64,000 bases of DNA from Acutalibacteraceae bacterium (GCA_045578845.1 JAZNLA010000061.1:12581-76580), one strand, 5' to 3'; positions 17,407 to 25,305 are shown, numbered from the stretch's first letter. Made by a program: numbers and translations. The notes: generated from the sequence alone by a model not told the origin.

Positions 17407-17550
17407 ATGGTATGTACATTTTTCGGTCATAGGGATACCCCGCAGGAAATAAAGGCAGATTTAAAAAATTTATTGGTAGATTTGATTGAAAACAAATCTA
17501 CCAATAATCCCGCAGGGCGAACAGGAAAGCCCCTGCGTTTTGCAATCTGA
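17407..17550 (+). pseudogene. Truncated SLOG/DUF1273 gene copy (first ~30 codons only) fused to a repeat element
   Basis: 17407-17498 is about 91% identical (hand count, 8 differences in 92 nt) to the 5' end of the intact gene at 17976. It encodes MVCTFFGHRDTPQEIKADLKNLLVDLIENKS. The frame then runs into repeat copy A and stops at TGA 17548-17550. Confidence 0.8.
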
Positions 17551-17622
17551 CCTGTCACCCTGAGCGTAGCCGAAGGGTCTTATAAAAAGATTCCTCGACT
17601 TCGCTCGGAATGTCAATGTGAA
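17506..17622. repeat. 117-nt palindromic repeat element, copy A
   Basis: aatcccgcagggcgaacaggaaagcccctgcg...gtcaccctgagcgtagccgaagggtc-ttataaaaa-gattcctcgacttcgctcggaatgtcaatgtgaa. 3 differences in 117 nt from copy B (hand count). Two internal hairpins. Confidence 0.9.
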
Positions 17623-17625
17623 AAC

Positions 17626-17656
17626 AAAAAGCCAAACACATACGTGTTCGGCTTTT
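17626..17656. terminator. Bidirectional intrinsic terminator (copy Y)
   Basis: AAAAA, gccaaacac, atac, gtgttcggc, TTTT. Near-identical duplicate of 16916-16947 (one stem mismatch). Confidence 0.75.
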
Positions 17657-17659
17657 GTG

Positions 17660-17859
17660 TTATTCTTTTTCAAATTTTATTATATCGCTTACTTCACAAT
17701 CAAGTGCGTAACAAAGTGAGTCAAGAGTTTTAGTGCTTATCGCCTGACCTTTTTTATTCTATGCAGGGTGTTAGCCGAAAAGCCTTGTTTGAAAATCAAG
17801 TGATATTCAGTTATGTTTTTCTTGAAAAGCGTTTCGTAAAACGGTTTATAACTTATCAT
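17660..17859 (-). pseudogene. Small HTH (XRE/HTH_26-like) regulator disrupted by a -1 frameshift in an A6 run
   Basis: MISYKPFYETLFKKNITEYHLIFKQGFSANTLHRIKK, then a stop after 3 codons. Adding one A to the run (plus-strand T6 at 17749-17754) restores ...GQAISTKTLDSLCYALDCEVSDIIKFEKE, ending at 17660-17662. That is the typical C-terminus of this ~66-aa family. Confidence 0.8.
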
Positions 17860-17895
17860 TTTTATCACCGAATTTATTTTAACACACTTAACTTC

Positions 17896-17924
17896 TTGAC
17901 TATACTCAACAAATAGAGTATAAT
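17896..17924 (+). promoter_or_regulatory. Sigma-A-type promoter for the intact SLOG gene
   Basis: TTGACT, 17 nt, TATAAT. About 50-nt leader, GGTG RBS. Confidence 0.55.
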
Positions 17925-17975
17925 TCATTATTTGATATAATAAGTAATATATAAAATAAAATTTAAGGTGATAAT

Positions 17976-18404
17976 ATGGTATGTACATTTTTCGGTCATA
18001 GTGTTACTCCGCAGGAAATAAAGGAAGATTTAAAAAAATTATTGGTAGATTTAATAGAAAATAAATCGGTTTATAAATTTTTGGTCGGTAATAACGGTAG
18101 TTTCGATTATTTGGTGCAGTGTGTTTTGGCCAAATTGAAAGAGGAATATAAAATTGAGGTTTTAATAGTATTTGCCCGTCTGCCTAAAAGTATAGAAGAA
18201 ACCGAATATTTAAAACATGAAACCATATTGCCTGAAGCGGTTGATACTGCACCGCCGAGATTTGCGATTGATTACCGCAACCGTTATATGTTGGAAAAGG
18301 CGGACTATGTCGTAACATATGTAAAACGAGGTTTCGGCGGTGCACAAAAGTTCAAATCACTGGCAGAAAGAAAAAATAAGAAAGTATATAATTTGTATAA
18401 GTGA
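17976..18404 (+). CDS. SLOG-family protein (DUF1273 / YpsA-like)
   Basis: 142 aa. FFGH N-terminus, GNNGSFDYLVQCVLAKLKEEY, IDYRNRYMLEKADYVVTYV and GGAQKF match the DUF1273 pattern as I recall it. Confidence 0.8.
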   Translation: MVCTFFGHSVTPQEIKEDLKKLLVDLIENKSVYKFLVGNNGSFDYLVQCVLAKLKEEYKIEVLIVFARLPKSIEETEYLKHETILPEAVDTAPPRFAIDYRNRYMLEKADYVVTYVKRGFGGAQKFKSLAERKNKKVYNLYK

Positions 18405-18420
18405 TAGATTTCTAACATTT

Positions 18421-18537
18421 AATCCCGCAGTGCGAACAGGGAAGCCCCTGCGTTTTGCAATCTGACCTGTCACCCTGAGCGTAGCCGAAGGGTCTTATAA
18501 AAAGATTCCTCGACTTCGCTCGGAATGACAATGTGAA
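18421..18537. repeat. 117-nt palindromic repeat element, copy B
   Basis: About 97% identical to copy A. Lies 16 nt after the SLOG stop codon. Track ORF 18412-18648 is read across it. Confidence 0.9.
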
Positions 18538-18583
18538 GATGGAATAGCAAACAGTTGCCACACCTGAGCCGAACTTTTTATTT

Positions 18584-18850
18584 TCAATCGTCCTGTCCGA
18601 AACGGTCGGAGGCAGGGTTTTGGTCGGAGCCGTCGCGGTGAAATTCAAGGTCTGGGCAGTCTTGCTTTGCTATTCCTTGTGCTATGGCGGGAAACGTCGA
18701 GTCACTTACAGCGGTGGGTTGAATTTCATATGTGCCGTAGGTGTTAACCATTTCAAGTGCCGTTTCGGGCGTTGTGTCAAATGGAATGGCCGAAATATTT
18801 ACGGGCGAATAAAAATTATCTTTGTCTTTTCGTTTTTTATCACTGTTCAT
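18584..18850 (-). CDS. Small hypothetical protein (basic N-terminus, acidic C-terminus)
   Basis: 88 aa. Strong AAGGAG RBS 7 nt upstream of the ATG. Directly downstream of the PBP gene. No family recognised. Confidence 0.6.
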   Translation of the reverse strand: MNSDKKRKDKDNFYSPVNISAIPFDTTPETALEMVNTYGTYEIQPTAVSDSTFPAIAQGIAKQDCPDLEFHRDGSDQNPASDRFGQDD

Positions 18851-18892
18851 ATAATTATCTCCTTCTATACTATTTTGTCCTTTATTTTTAAA

Positions 18893-20470
18893 TTACATAT
18901 TGGAAATTCCAACCGTTATATTTTTAAAAATCGGCGAACAGTCAGCACCGCCCGACAAAACGTCTTCTTTGAGCACAACTATCACATAGGTTGTATCTAT
19001 TGTTTCAACAAACCCGCAAAACCAACCGTTTAAAATGTTTCGGCCGTCTTTCTTTTTGCCTGTTTGTGCAGTGCCTGTTTTACCACCCGCCTTAATACCC
19101 TCGAAATAAGCCTCGCTTCCGGTACCGCTTTTTAAGGTTTCAAAAAGGTATTCTTTTAAAATTTCGGCGTGCTCTTCCGCTAAAGCAGAGGTGGGAGGGA
19201 GAGTTTGATATTCTTTGTAAATACCGTTTTCGGTGACCCCTTCAATAACGCTCGGTAAATAATATTCACCGCCGTTTACAATGCTCATGTACATTGTGGT
19301 CAGTGCAATCGGCGATAACATCAGTTCGCCCTGACCTATCGAAAGGTTTATGAGTGAACCTTCGTTCTGAAGCAGAGTGTCTTTGCTTGGCACCGTACCT
19401 TTTGCAGATGATATGCCGTAACCTAAATCTATGGGTTGGCCGAAACGGAACGTGTTTGCAAATTTTAAGATATTTTCGGCACCTAAATTTTGTCCTAAAG
19501 TGTAAAAATATGTGTTGCAGGATTTGGCAATAGCGGTTTTAAGGTCTAAATTTCCGTGACCCGAAAGTCGATTGCACTTAAAGGTATTACCGTCAAAATA
19601 GTAGTCGCCGACACAAGAGTAGATGTAGTCGGCAAACCCTGTTTTCAGTGCTGCGGCGGCAAGGCAGGGTTTAAAAACCGAGCCGACATCAAAGGGTAAA
19701 AGTGCACGGTTTATAAGCGGTGAGGTTTGGTCGTTTAAATAATCTGCTATATTTAATGGGTCAAAGTCGGGTTTGCTTAAAAGTGCTCTCACCTTGCCGT
19801 TTTCGGCATCGACCACTACCGCTGCACCCGACTCTACATTTTCCATTGCCGATTCGCAAATTTTCTGTATTGTGTTGTCAATGGTAAGCGTAACACTGTT
19901 TTGTTCTTCGTTGCCTTTAATTTCTATTTCGGCACCCGAAAGCATGTGCCCTAAAGAATCGGTTTTATATGTTACGGTCAGCCCGCCTTCAACAAAAAGA
20001 TAGCGGTCAAGTGTTTTTTCTATTCCCGAAATACCCCTTGAGTCGGCATCGACATAACCTAAAAGGTGGGAAAGTGAGCCGTTGTACCGTTTTGGAACAC
20101 TTACGCCTAAAACGCCTGAAAGGCCTTCGGGACATTCAGTGTTAATAACTACGGGTGTGTTGTCTTTTAAGATTTCAAGAGAATTGTCCAATGTTTCACC
20201 TTGGCATAAGGCGGGCAAGGAAGCAACACCCTGCTCGGTCGGGAAAACTACCGTAACTTCGGATTTAAAAGTGTTGGTCAGCGGAAGTCCGTTGCAATCG
20301 TAAACGGTGTTTCGGTAGTTTGCAACCTTAAATTTTCTGGTCGACTGCATTTCTGCCGCCTGCAAATATTTTTCGTTTACGGTAAGTGTGAATACCCTTG
20401 CACCGCAAAGGGAAAGCAGTAAAACGATTGTTAAGAACGCACCCAAGGAACGTTTGTGAAATGAACTCAT
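18893..20470 (-). CDS. Class B penicillin-binding protein (PBP2/SpoVD-type transpeptidase)
   Basis: 525 aa. N-terminal TM, SxxK (GSVFKP), SxN (KSCN) and KTG(T) (GGKTGTAQ) motifs. Confidence 0.9.
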   Translation of the reverse strand: MSSFHKRSLGAFLTIVLLLSLCGARVFTLTVNEKYLQAAEMQSTRKFKVANYRNTVYDCNGLPLTNTFKSEVTVVFPTEQGVASLPALCQGETLDNSLEILKDNTPVVINTECPEGLSGVLGVSVPKRYNGSLSHLLGYVDADSRGISGIEKTLDRYLFVEGGLTVTYKTDSLGHMLSGAEIEIKGNEEQNSVTLTIDNTIQKICESAMENVESGAAVVVDAENGKVRALLSKPDFDPLNIADYLNDQTSPLINRALLPFDVGSVFKPCLAAAALKTGFADYIYSCVGDYYFDGNTFKCNRLSGHGNLDLKTAIAKSCNTYFYTLGQNLGAENILKFANTFRFGQPIDLGYGISSAKGTVPSKDTLLQNEGSLINLSIGQGELMLSPIALTTMYMSIVNGGEYYLPSVIEGVTENGIYKEYQTLPPTSALAEEHAEILKEYLFETLKSGTGSEAYFEGIKAGGKTGTAQTGKKKDGRNILNGWFCGFVETIDTTYVIVVLKEDVLSGGADCSPIFKNITVGISNM

Positions 20471-20514
20471 AAAAAAATCACCCCAAATTAGTGTTGGCTA
20501 ACTTGGAGTGATTT
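20471..20514 (-). terminator. Hairpin plus T-run after prs, abutting the PBP start codon
   Basis: Minus strand reads aatcactccaa, 17 nt, ttggggtgatt, TTTTTTT, ATG. The GGGGTG Shine-Dalgarno of the PBP gene lies in the 3' arm. Confidence 0.6.
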
Positions 20515-20527
20515 ATTTTTTGAAAAC

Positions 20528-21655
20528 TTATTTATTGTTATATTTTTCAATAACATTGTTTATGCGGTCAATGGGGTCGAGCAACGAACTTATAGAGTTG
20601 TCATAGTTAATGGTATCTACTAAGTATGCAACATACTTAGACATCTCAACACGCTGATACCATGGCTTTGTCATAAGTTCTTCGTTTCCGTAGACCAAGT
20701 TTGTGGTGAAAATTTTATCAATAAGTCCGTCTTTGTAATATTGGTCAAATTTATCGTAACCCTCAACAAATAAACCGAAAGTGGTAAATGCAAAAACGCG
20801 GTTGCAGTTTTTCTTTTTGAGTTGAGCCGCAATATCAAGCAATGAATCGCCCGAAGAAATCATGTCGTCAACAATAATAAGGTCTTTGCCGGTAACATCG
20901 TTGCCTAAGAATTCATGTGCTTCAATGGGGTTTCTGCCGTTGACGATTATAGAATAGTTTCTGCGTTTGTAGAACATACCGAGTTCAACGCCCAAAACCG
21001 ATGAATAATAAATACAACGCGACATAGCACCTTCATCGGGTGCAACAATCATAAGGTGGTCGCGATCTATTTTAACATCGGGCACGGTGCGAAGTAATGA
21101 TTTAATCATCTGATAGGAGGGTTGTACATTATCGAAACCGCCCAAAGGAATTGCATTGCAAATTCTGGGGTCGTGGGCGTCAAATGTCAAAATGTTTTTT
21201 ACGCCGAGTGCGGTCAGTTCCTGCAAAGCCATGGCACAGTCGAGTGATTCGCGTGCCGAACGGCGGTGCTGTCTGCCTTCATAAAGCATGGGCATAATTA
21301 CGGTAATTCTTCTTGCTTTACCGCCCATTGCGGCTATAATTCTCTTCAAATCTTGGAAATGGTCGTCGGGACTCATGGGTACGGTTTGACCGTACATTTT
21401 GTATGTAACACCGTAGTTGAAACAGTCACAAATAATAAATACGTCTAAACCTCTGGCAGTGTGGTCAAATAAACCTTTTGCTTCACCTGTGCCGAATCTC
21501 GGACATTTTGCGTTTATAACATAGGTGTGCTCCTCAGGCATACCACGCCACTGTAAAAGATAGTAGTCTACCTTTGAGGCAAACTCTTCACATCCACGCA
21601 TGGCGACTATTGCCAAATCTCCGTAAGGCATATGCTTGATAGTAACCGTAGACAT
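20528..21655 (-). CDS. prs: Ribose-phosphate pyrophosphokinase (long form)
   Basis: PRPP-binding loop IIVDDMISSGDS, plus IVAPDEGAMSR. I prefer the ATG at 21655 (MSTVTIKH, GGAGG upstream) to the track start at 21730. Confidence 0.85.
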   Translation of the reverse strand: MSTVTIKHMPYGDLAIVAMRGCEEFASKVDYYLLQWRGMPEEHTYVINAKCPRFGTGEAKGLFDHTARGLDVFIICDCFNYGVTYKMYGQTVPMSPDDHFQDLKRIIAAMGGKARRITVIMPMLYEGRQHRRSARESLDCAMALQELTALGVKNILTFDAHDPRICNAIPLGGFDNVQPSYQMIKSLLRTVPDVKIDRDHLMIVAPDEGAMSRCIYYSSVLGVELGMFYKRRNYSIIVNGRNPIEAHEFLGNDVTGKDLIIVDDMISSGDSLLDIAAQLKKKNCNRVFAFTTFGLFVEGYDKFDQYYKDGLIDKIFTTNLVYGNEELMTKPWYQRVEMSKYVAYLVDTINYDNSISSLLDPIDRINNVIEKYNNK

Positions 21656-21780
21656 TTTTGACTCATCCTCCGTAAATTTTAAAGTAGGTGCTGTTTTGAT
21701 TGCACCGTTATCCTGTACATCATAACACAAAACCCTTAATATTAAAAGAGTTTTTTTGATATTTGTCGAAATTTTTTCTA

Positions 21781-22524
21781 TTATGTCAAATCGTCTTCCT
21801 TGACATCTTTCGGTGCAATAATTTTGCCGTTTATTATGAGTTTATATTGCTTTGAATGTAAAATATTTGCAAGGTGTTTCGTATCCTTTATTTTAACATC
21901 GGTCGCTATGCCGAATTCACCTATTGCACCTGAATAACTTTCATGCGTGTCACTTCCGCAGGTCATTTTAAGACCGTTGTCTTTGGCAAATTTCAGTGCT
22001 AAATAATTTCTGTTGTCCCTTAGTTGATTTTGGCGGCTGCCGTTGTTAACTTCCACACCGTCTAAAAGGCAAGGGTCGGGGGTGATATCGGGGTCGGGAA
22101 TGTAACTTTCTTCTCTAAAAGGGTGTGCAACCGCTATAAAACCGCCGTTTTTCCTTACAAATTCCGAAATCTGTTCAATTTCAAAATTTCTATATCCTTT
22201 TTCTGCCTTAAATTCTTCGGGAGTTATGCCGTAGATAAGCACTTCTTTACCGCGTTTTTTGTACCCGTCTTCGACAGCAAAAATAACCTCAAAATCCAAA
22301 GTTTCGCCGAAAGCTTTAGCCTCTAGCCATTCTTTTTCGTAAGCATCTACAAAATCTTCCCAAGGAAGATTTTTATCAACAGCGGAATATCCGCCGTAAA
22401 AATGGTTGGTCATGACAATTCCGTCGAACCCTTTTTCCTTATATTTCGTTATCATATCGGCAAAGGAAGTGTAGGAACATTTACTAGTACCGCTTGTGTG
22501 TACATGCATTTCATATTTGAACAT
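21781..22524 (-). CDS. PHP-domain metal-dependent phosphoesterase
   Basis: 247 aa. N-terminal HVHT motif (MHVHTSGTSKC) and later His/Asp ligands typical of the PHP family. Confidence 0.8.
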   Translation of the reverse strand: MFKYEMHVHTSGTSKCSYTSFADMITKYKEKGFDGIVMTNHFYGGYSAVDKNLPWEDFVDAYEKEWLEAKAFGETLDFEVIFAVEDGYKKRGKEVLIYGITPEEFKAEKGYRNFEIEQISEFVRKNGGFIAVAHPFREESYIPDPDITPDPCLLDGVEVNNGSRQNQLRDNRNYLALKFAKDNGLKMTCGSDTHESYSGAIGEFGIATDVKIKDTKHLANILHSKQYKLIINGKIIAPKDVKEDDLT

Positions 22525-22614
22525 AAAAACACCTCGTTTTACGGTTCTATTATACTATTTTTGTATGAGGTTGGCAACAAATTTTAAAGGGCGGGAAATA
22601 TTTAAAGTTTGCGG

Positions 22615-22643
22615 TTGCAAAGGGCCGAAATATTTGGTATAAT
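22615..22643 (+). promoter_or_regulatory. Sigma-A-type promoter for thyX
   Basis: TTGCAA, 17 nt, TATAAT, with TGg extended -10. Confidence 0.55.
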
Positions 22644-22688
22644 ATTTGAGAATATAAGCATTTTAATTTTATTTTTAGGGAGGATAAT

Positions 22689-23447
22689 ATGAAGGTTGAA
22701 CTTTTAGCCTATACCCCCAATCCCGAACTTACCGTTGCTTCGGCGGCAAGACTTTGCTATTCGGGTGCAACCATTGACCAAGTAAGGGAAAAACTCACCC
22801 CCGAAAAGACGGCGGCATTTGTTGATATGCTGTCCGAAATCGGACACGAAAGTCCTATTGAACACGCCTCGTTCACATTCGGTATTGAGGGCGTATCGAG
22901 GGCACTTTTGGCACAGATTACACGCCACCGTATAGCCTCGTTTTCGGTGCAGAGCCAACGTTATGTCAGTGAAAAACAGTTCGAGTATGTCACCCCTCCC
23001 GAAATTGCCGACAATGAAGAGGCACTTGAGATTTTTGGCGAGGCAATGGCAAAAACACAAGAGTATTATGACCGCCTTACCGATATTTTAAAAGCAAAAC
23101 ATAAAGCGGAAATGTTGGAAAAAGGCATGGACGAAAAATCTGCCGAGCGCGCTGCAGAGAAAAAGGCGATTGAAGATGCACGCTTTGTACTGCCCAATGC
23201 CTGTGACACTAAAATGATTGTCACAATGAACGCAAGAAGTTTACACAATTTCTTCAGACACCGTTGTTGTAACCGTGCTCAGTGGGAGATAAGAGAATTA
23301 GCCGAAAAAATGTTGTTCGCCTGCCGCGAAGTTGCACCTAATCTCTTTAAAAATGCGGGTCCCGCTTGTTTAACAGGACCTTGTCCCGAAGGCAAAATGT
23401 GTTGCGGCGAAAGTCTTAAAATGAGAGAAAAATATAAACAAAAGTGA
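22689..23447 (+). CDS. thyX: FAD-dependent thymidylate synthase ThyX
   Basis: 252 aa. ThyX signature RHRIASFSVQSQRY. Confidence 0.95.
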   Translation: MKVELLAYTPNPELTVASAARLCYSGATIDQVREKLTPEKTAAFVDMLSEIGHESPIEHASFTFGIEGVSRALLAQITRHRIASFSVQSQRYVSEKQFEYVTPPEIADNEEALEIFGEAMAKTQEYYDRLTDILKAKHKAEMLEKGMDEKSAERAAEKKAIEDARFVLPNACDTKMIVTMNARSLHNFFRHRCCNRAQWEIRELAEKMLFACREVAPNLFKNAGPACLTGPCPEGKMCCGESLKMREKYKQK

Positions 23448-23456
23448 GTAAAATTT

Positions 23457-24122
23457 ATGGGAAAACTTATAGTTATTGAGGGACTTGACGGCAGCGGAAA
23501 GACAACTCAGGTAAATCTTTTGCCTGAAAAATTAAAGACTTTGGGGGTTGATGCCAAAACGGTATCCTTCCCCGACTATAAAGACCCGTCAAGCACACTT
23601 GTAAGAATGTATTTGGGCGGTGAATTCGGCGAAAGTCCCGACGCGGTAAACGCCTATGCGGCGTCACTGTTTTATGCCGTTGACCGATACGCAAGTTTTA
23701 AAAGGCATTGGGAGAAATATTATTTAGACGGCGGTGTGGTAATTGCCGGCCGTTATGTTGAGTCTAACGCTTATCACCAAATGGCCAAACTGCCTGAGGA
23801 TAAATGGGAACAGTATATTTCTTGGCTTTATGAAACCGAGTATGAAAAAACCTCAATTCCCAAGCCCGATTTGGTCATTTTTCTTGATATGCCTTTGGAA
23901 GTTTCGTCTAAACTTATGACTTCGCGTTATGAGGGTGATGAGTCAAAGCGTGATATTCACGAAAAGGACCGCGAATATCTGTCGCGTTGCCGAAAAGCGG
24001 CGAGATTTGCCGCCGATATGTGCGGTTGGAAGATTATAAACTGCAGTAAAGACGGCGACCCCAGAACAATCGAGGAAATTTCCGCCGATATTTTAAATTC
24101 GGTTTTAGAAGTTACAAAATAA
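23457..24122 (+). CDS. tmk: Thymidylate (dTMP) kinase family protein
   Basis: 221 aa. P-loop GLDGSGKTTQ and a DRY-like motif (AVDRYAS). Confidence 0.8.
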   Translation: MGKLIVIEGLDGSGKTTQVNLLPEKLKTLGVDAKTVSFPDYKDPSSTLVRMYLGGEFGESPDAVNAYAASLFYAVDRYASFKRHWEKYYLDGGVVIAGRYVESNAYHQMAKLPEDKWEQYISWLYETEYEKTSIPKPDLVIFLDMPLEVSSKLMTSRYEGDESKRDIHEKDREYLSRCRKAARFAADMCGWKIINCSKDGDPRTIEEISADILNSVLEVTK

Positions 24123-24136
24123 AGGAGTAATTTTTA

Positions 24137-24682
24137 ATGTATTATATGTTTTTAGCCCCCGGGTTTGAAGAAACTGAGGCTATTGCTCCGCTTGATATTA
24201 TTCGCCGTGCCGATATTGAAATTTATACGGTAGGAATAGGCGGTAAAACGGTAATCGGAGCACATAATATCCCCGTTATTGCCGATGTTATGGACAGTGA
24301 AATTTGTCCGAGCGACGACATTGAAGGTATTATTTTACCCGGAGGTATGCCCGGTACGCTTAATCTTGAAAAATCGGCGTTTGTGGGTAAGTTTATTGAC
24401 TACTGTGTCGAAAAAAATCTGCTTATCGGTGCAATTTGTGCCGCACCGTCTATTTTAGGTCATAAAAATCTTCTGATTGGCAAAAAAGCGGTTTGTTTCC
24501 CCGGTTTTGAAGAGCAACTGTTGGGTGCAACCGTACTTAAAGATGCAGTTTGCACAGACGGAAATATTATCACCGCCTGCGGTGCAGGTGCCGCCATGAA
24601 GTTCGGTTTTGAAATTGTGAAATATATAAGCGGGAAGGCTGTAGCCGACCACTATAAGGACACGATGTTATGCGACCGTTAG
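24137..24682 (+). CDS. DJ-1/PfpI family protein
   Basis: 181 aa. Nucleophile-elbow motif AICAAPS and GFEE N-terminal motif. Confidence 0.85.
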   Translation: MYYMFLAPGFEETEAIAPLDIIRRADIEIYTVGIGGKTVIGAHNIPVIADVMDSEICPSDDIEGIILPGGMPGTLNLEKSAFVGKFIDYCVEKNLLIGAICAAPSILGHKNLLIGKKAVCFPGFEEQLLGATVLKDAVCTDGNIITACGAGAAMKFGFEIVKYISGKAVADHYKDTMLCDR

Positions 24683-25293
24683 ACATAAGACAGTACAAAA
24701 CGGAACTTCGTGACTTAATCAAAGATGAACGCAGAAATTTAAGTGCAGAAGAAAAGGCTAAACTTGACAGCGGTGTTACACGCAATGTTTCAAGGCTCTA
24801 TCAGTACAGGTCCGCAAAAACGGTATTGGTTTATGTATCCACCGCTATTGAGGTTGATACGTTTAAAATTATCGAAAATGCGTGGGCTGACGGCAAAAAG
24901 GTTGCCGTTCCGCGTTGTATTCCGAATACAAGAAAAATGGAATTTCATTATATAACCTCTTTCGACGATTTGTCTTCGGGGACCTTCGGTGTATTAGAGC
25001 CTGACGAAAATTTGCCGATGGTTCAGGATTTTACGGGCTGCTTAATGCTTTTGCCGGCACTGTCGCTTGACTATTTGGGTTTTAGACTCGGTTACGGCAA
25101 AGGATATTATGACCGCTATTTGGCAAGGTTTAACGGACCGTGTGCGGGTATTTGTTATTCGTCGTGTATACGCCGCCATATGTACCATGGCAGGTTTGAC
25201 CGACCGGTTGATGTCATTGTTACCGAAAAATGGATTAAAGATGTAAGTTCCCGCAGAAAAGATGAACGCAAGCGGTTTTTTAACTCAAAGTAA
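24670..25293 (+). CDS. 5-formyltetrahydrofolate cyclo-ligase
   Basis: 207 aa. GYGKGYYDRYL motif. 13-nt overlap with the upstream gene. Confidence 0.88.
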   Translation: MRPLDIRQYKTELRDLIKDERRNLSAEEKAKLDSGVTRNVSRLYQYRSAKTVLVYVSTAIEVDTFKIIENAWADGKKVAVPRCIPNTRKMEFHYITSFDDLSSGTFGVLEPDENLPMVQDFTGCLMLLPALSLDYLGFRLGYGKGYYDRYLARFNGPCAGICYSSCIRRHMYHGRFDRPVDVIVTEKWIKDVSSRRKDERKRFFNSK

Positions 25294-25305
25294 ATACATG
25301 AAAGG

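Noticed and set aside
17470-18648. Track ORFs 17470-17673 (67 aa) and 18412-18648 (78 aa), which share SFRAKSRNLFIRPFGYAQGDRSDCKTQGL
   Set aside because: The shared peptide is just the antisense reading of the 117-nt repeat copies A and B. There is no RBS, and the ORFs extend into unrelated flanks. This is DNA-level repetition, not a gene family.
16950-18900. Prophage remnant, IS or integrative element in the AT-rich island after ricT
   Set aside because: There is no integrase, transposase, recombinase or phage structural gene. There is no tRNA target. The repeats are terminator or REP-like rather than IS inverted repeats.
21656-21730. Upstream starts proposed by the ORF track for prs (21730), pth (49812), the pseudokinase (TTG 29561) and spoVB (13485)
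   Set aside because: Downstream ATGs have better RBS spacing and give N-termini matching the respective families. The extensions add non-conserved residues.
21764-21770. TGTCGAA (Spo0A-box-like) between the PHP gene and prs
   Set aside because: A single 7-mer is expected by chance in 64 kb, and there is no paired boxes or promoter context.
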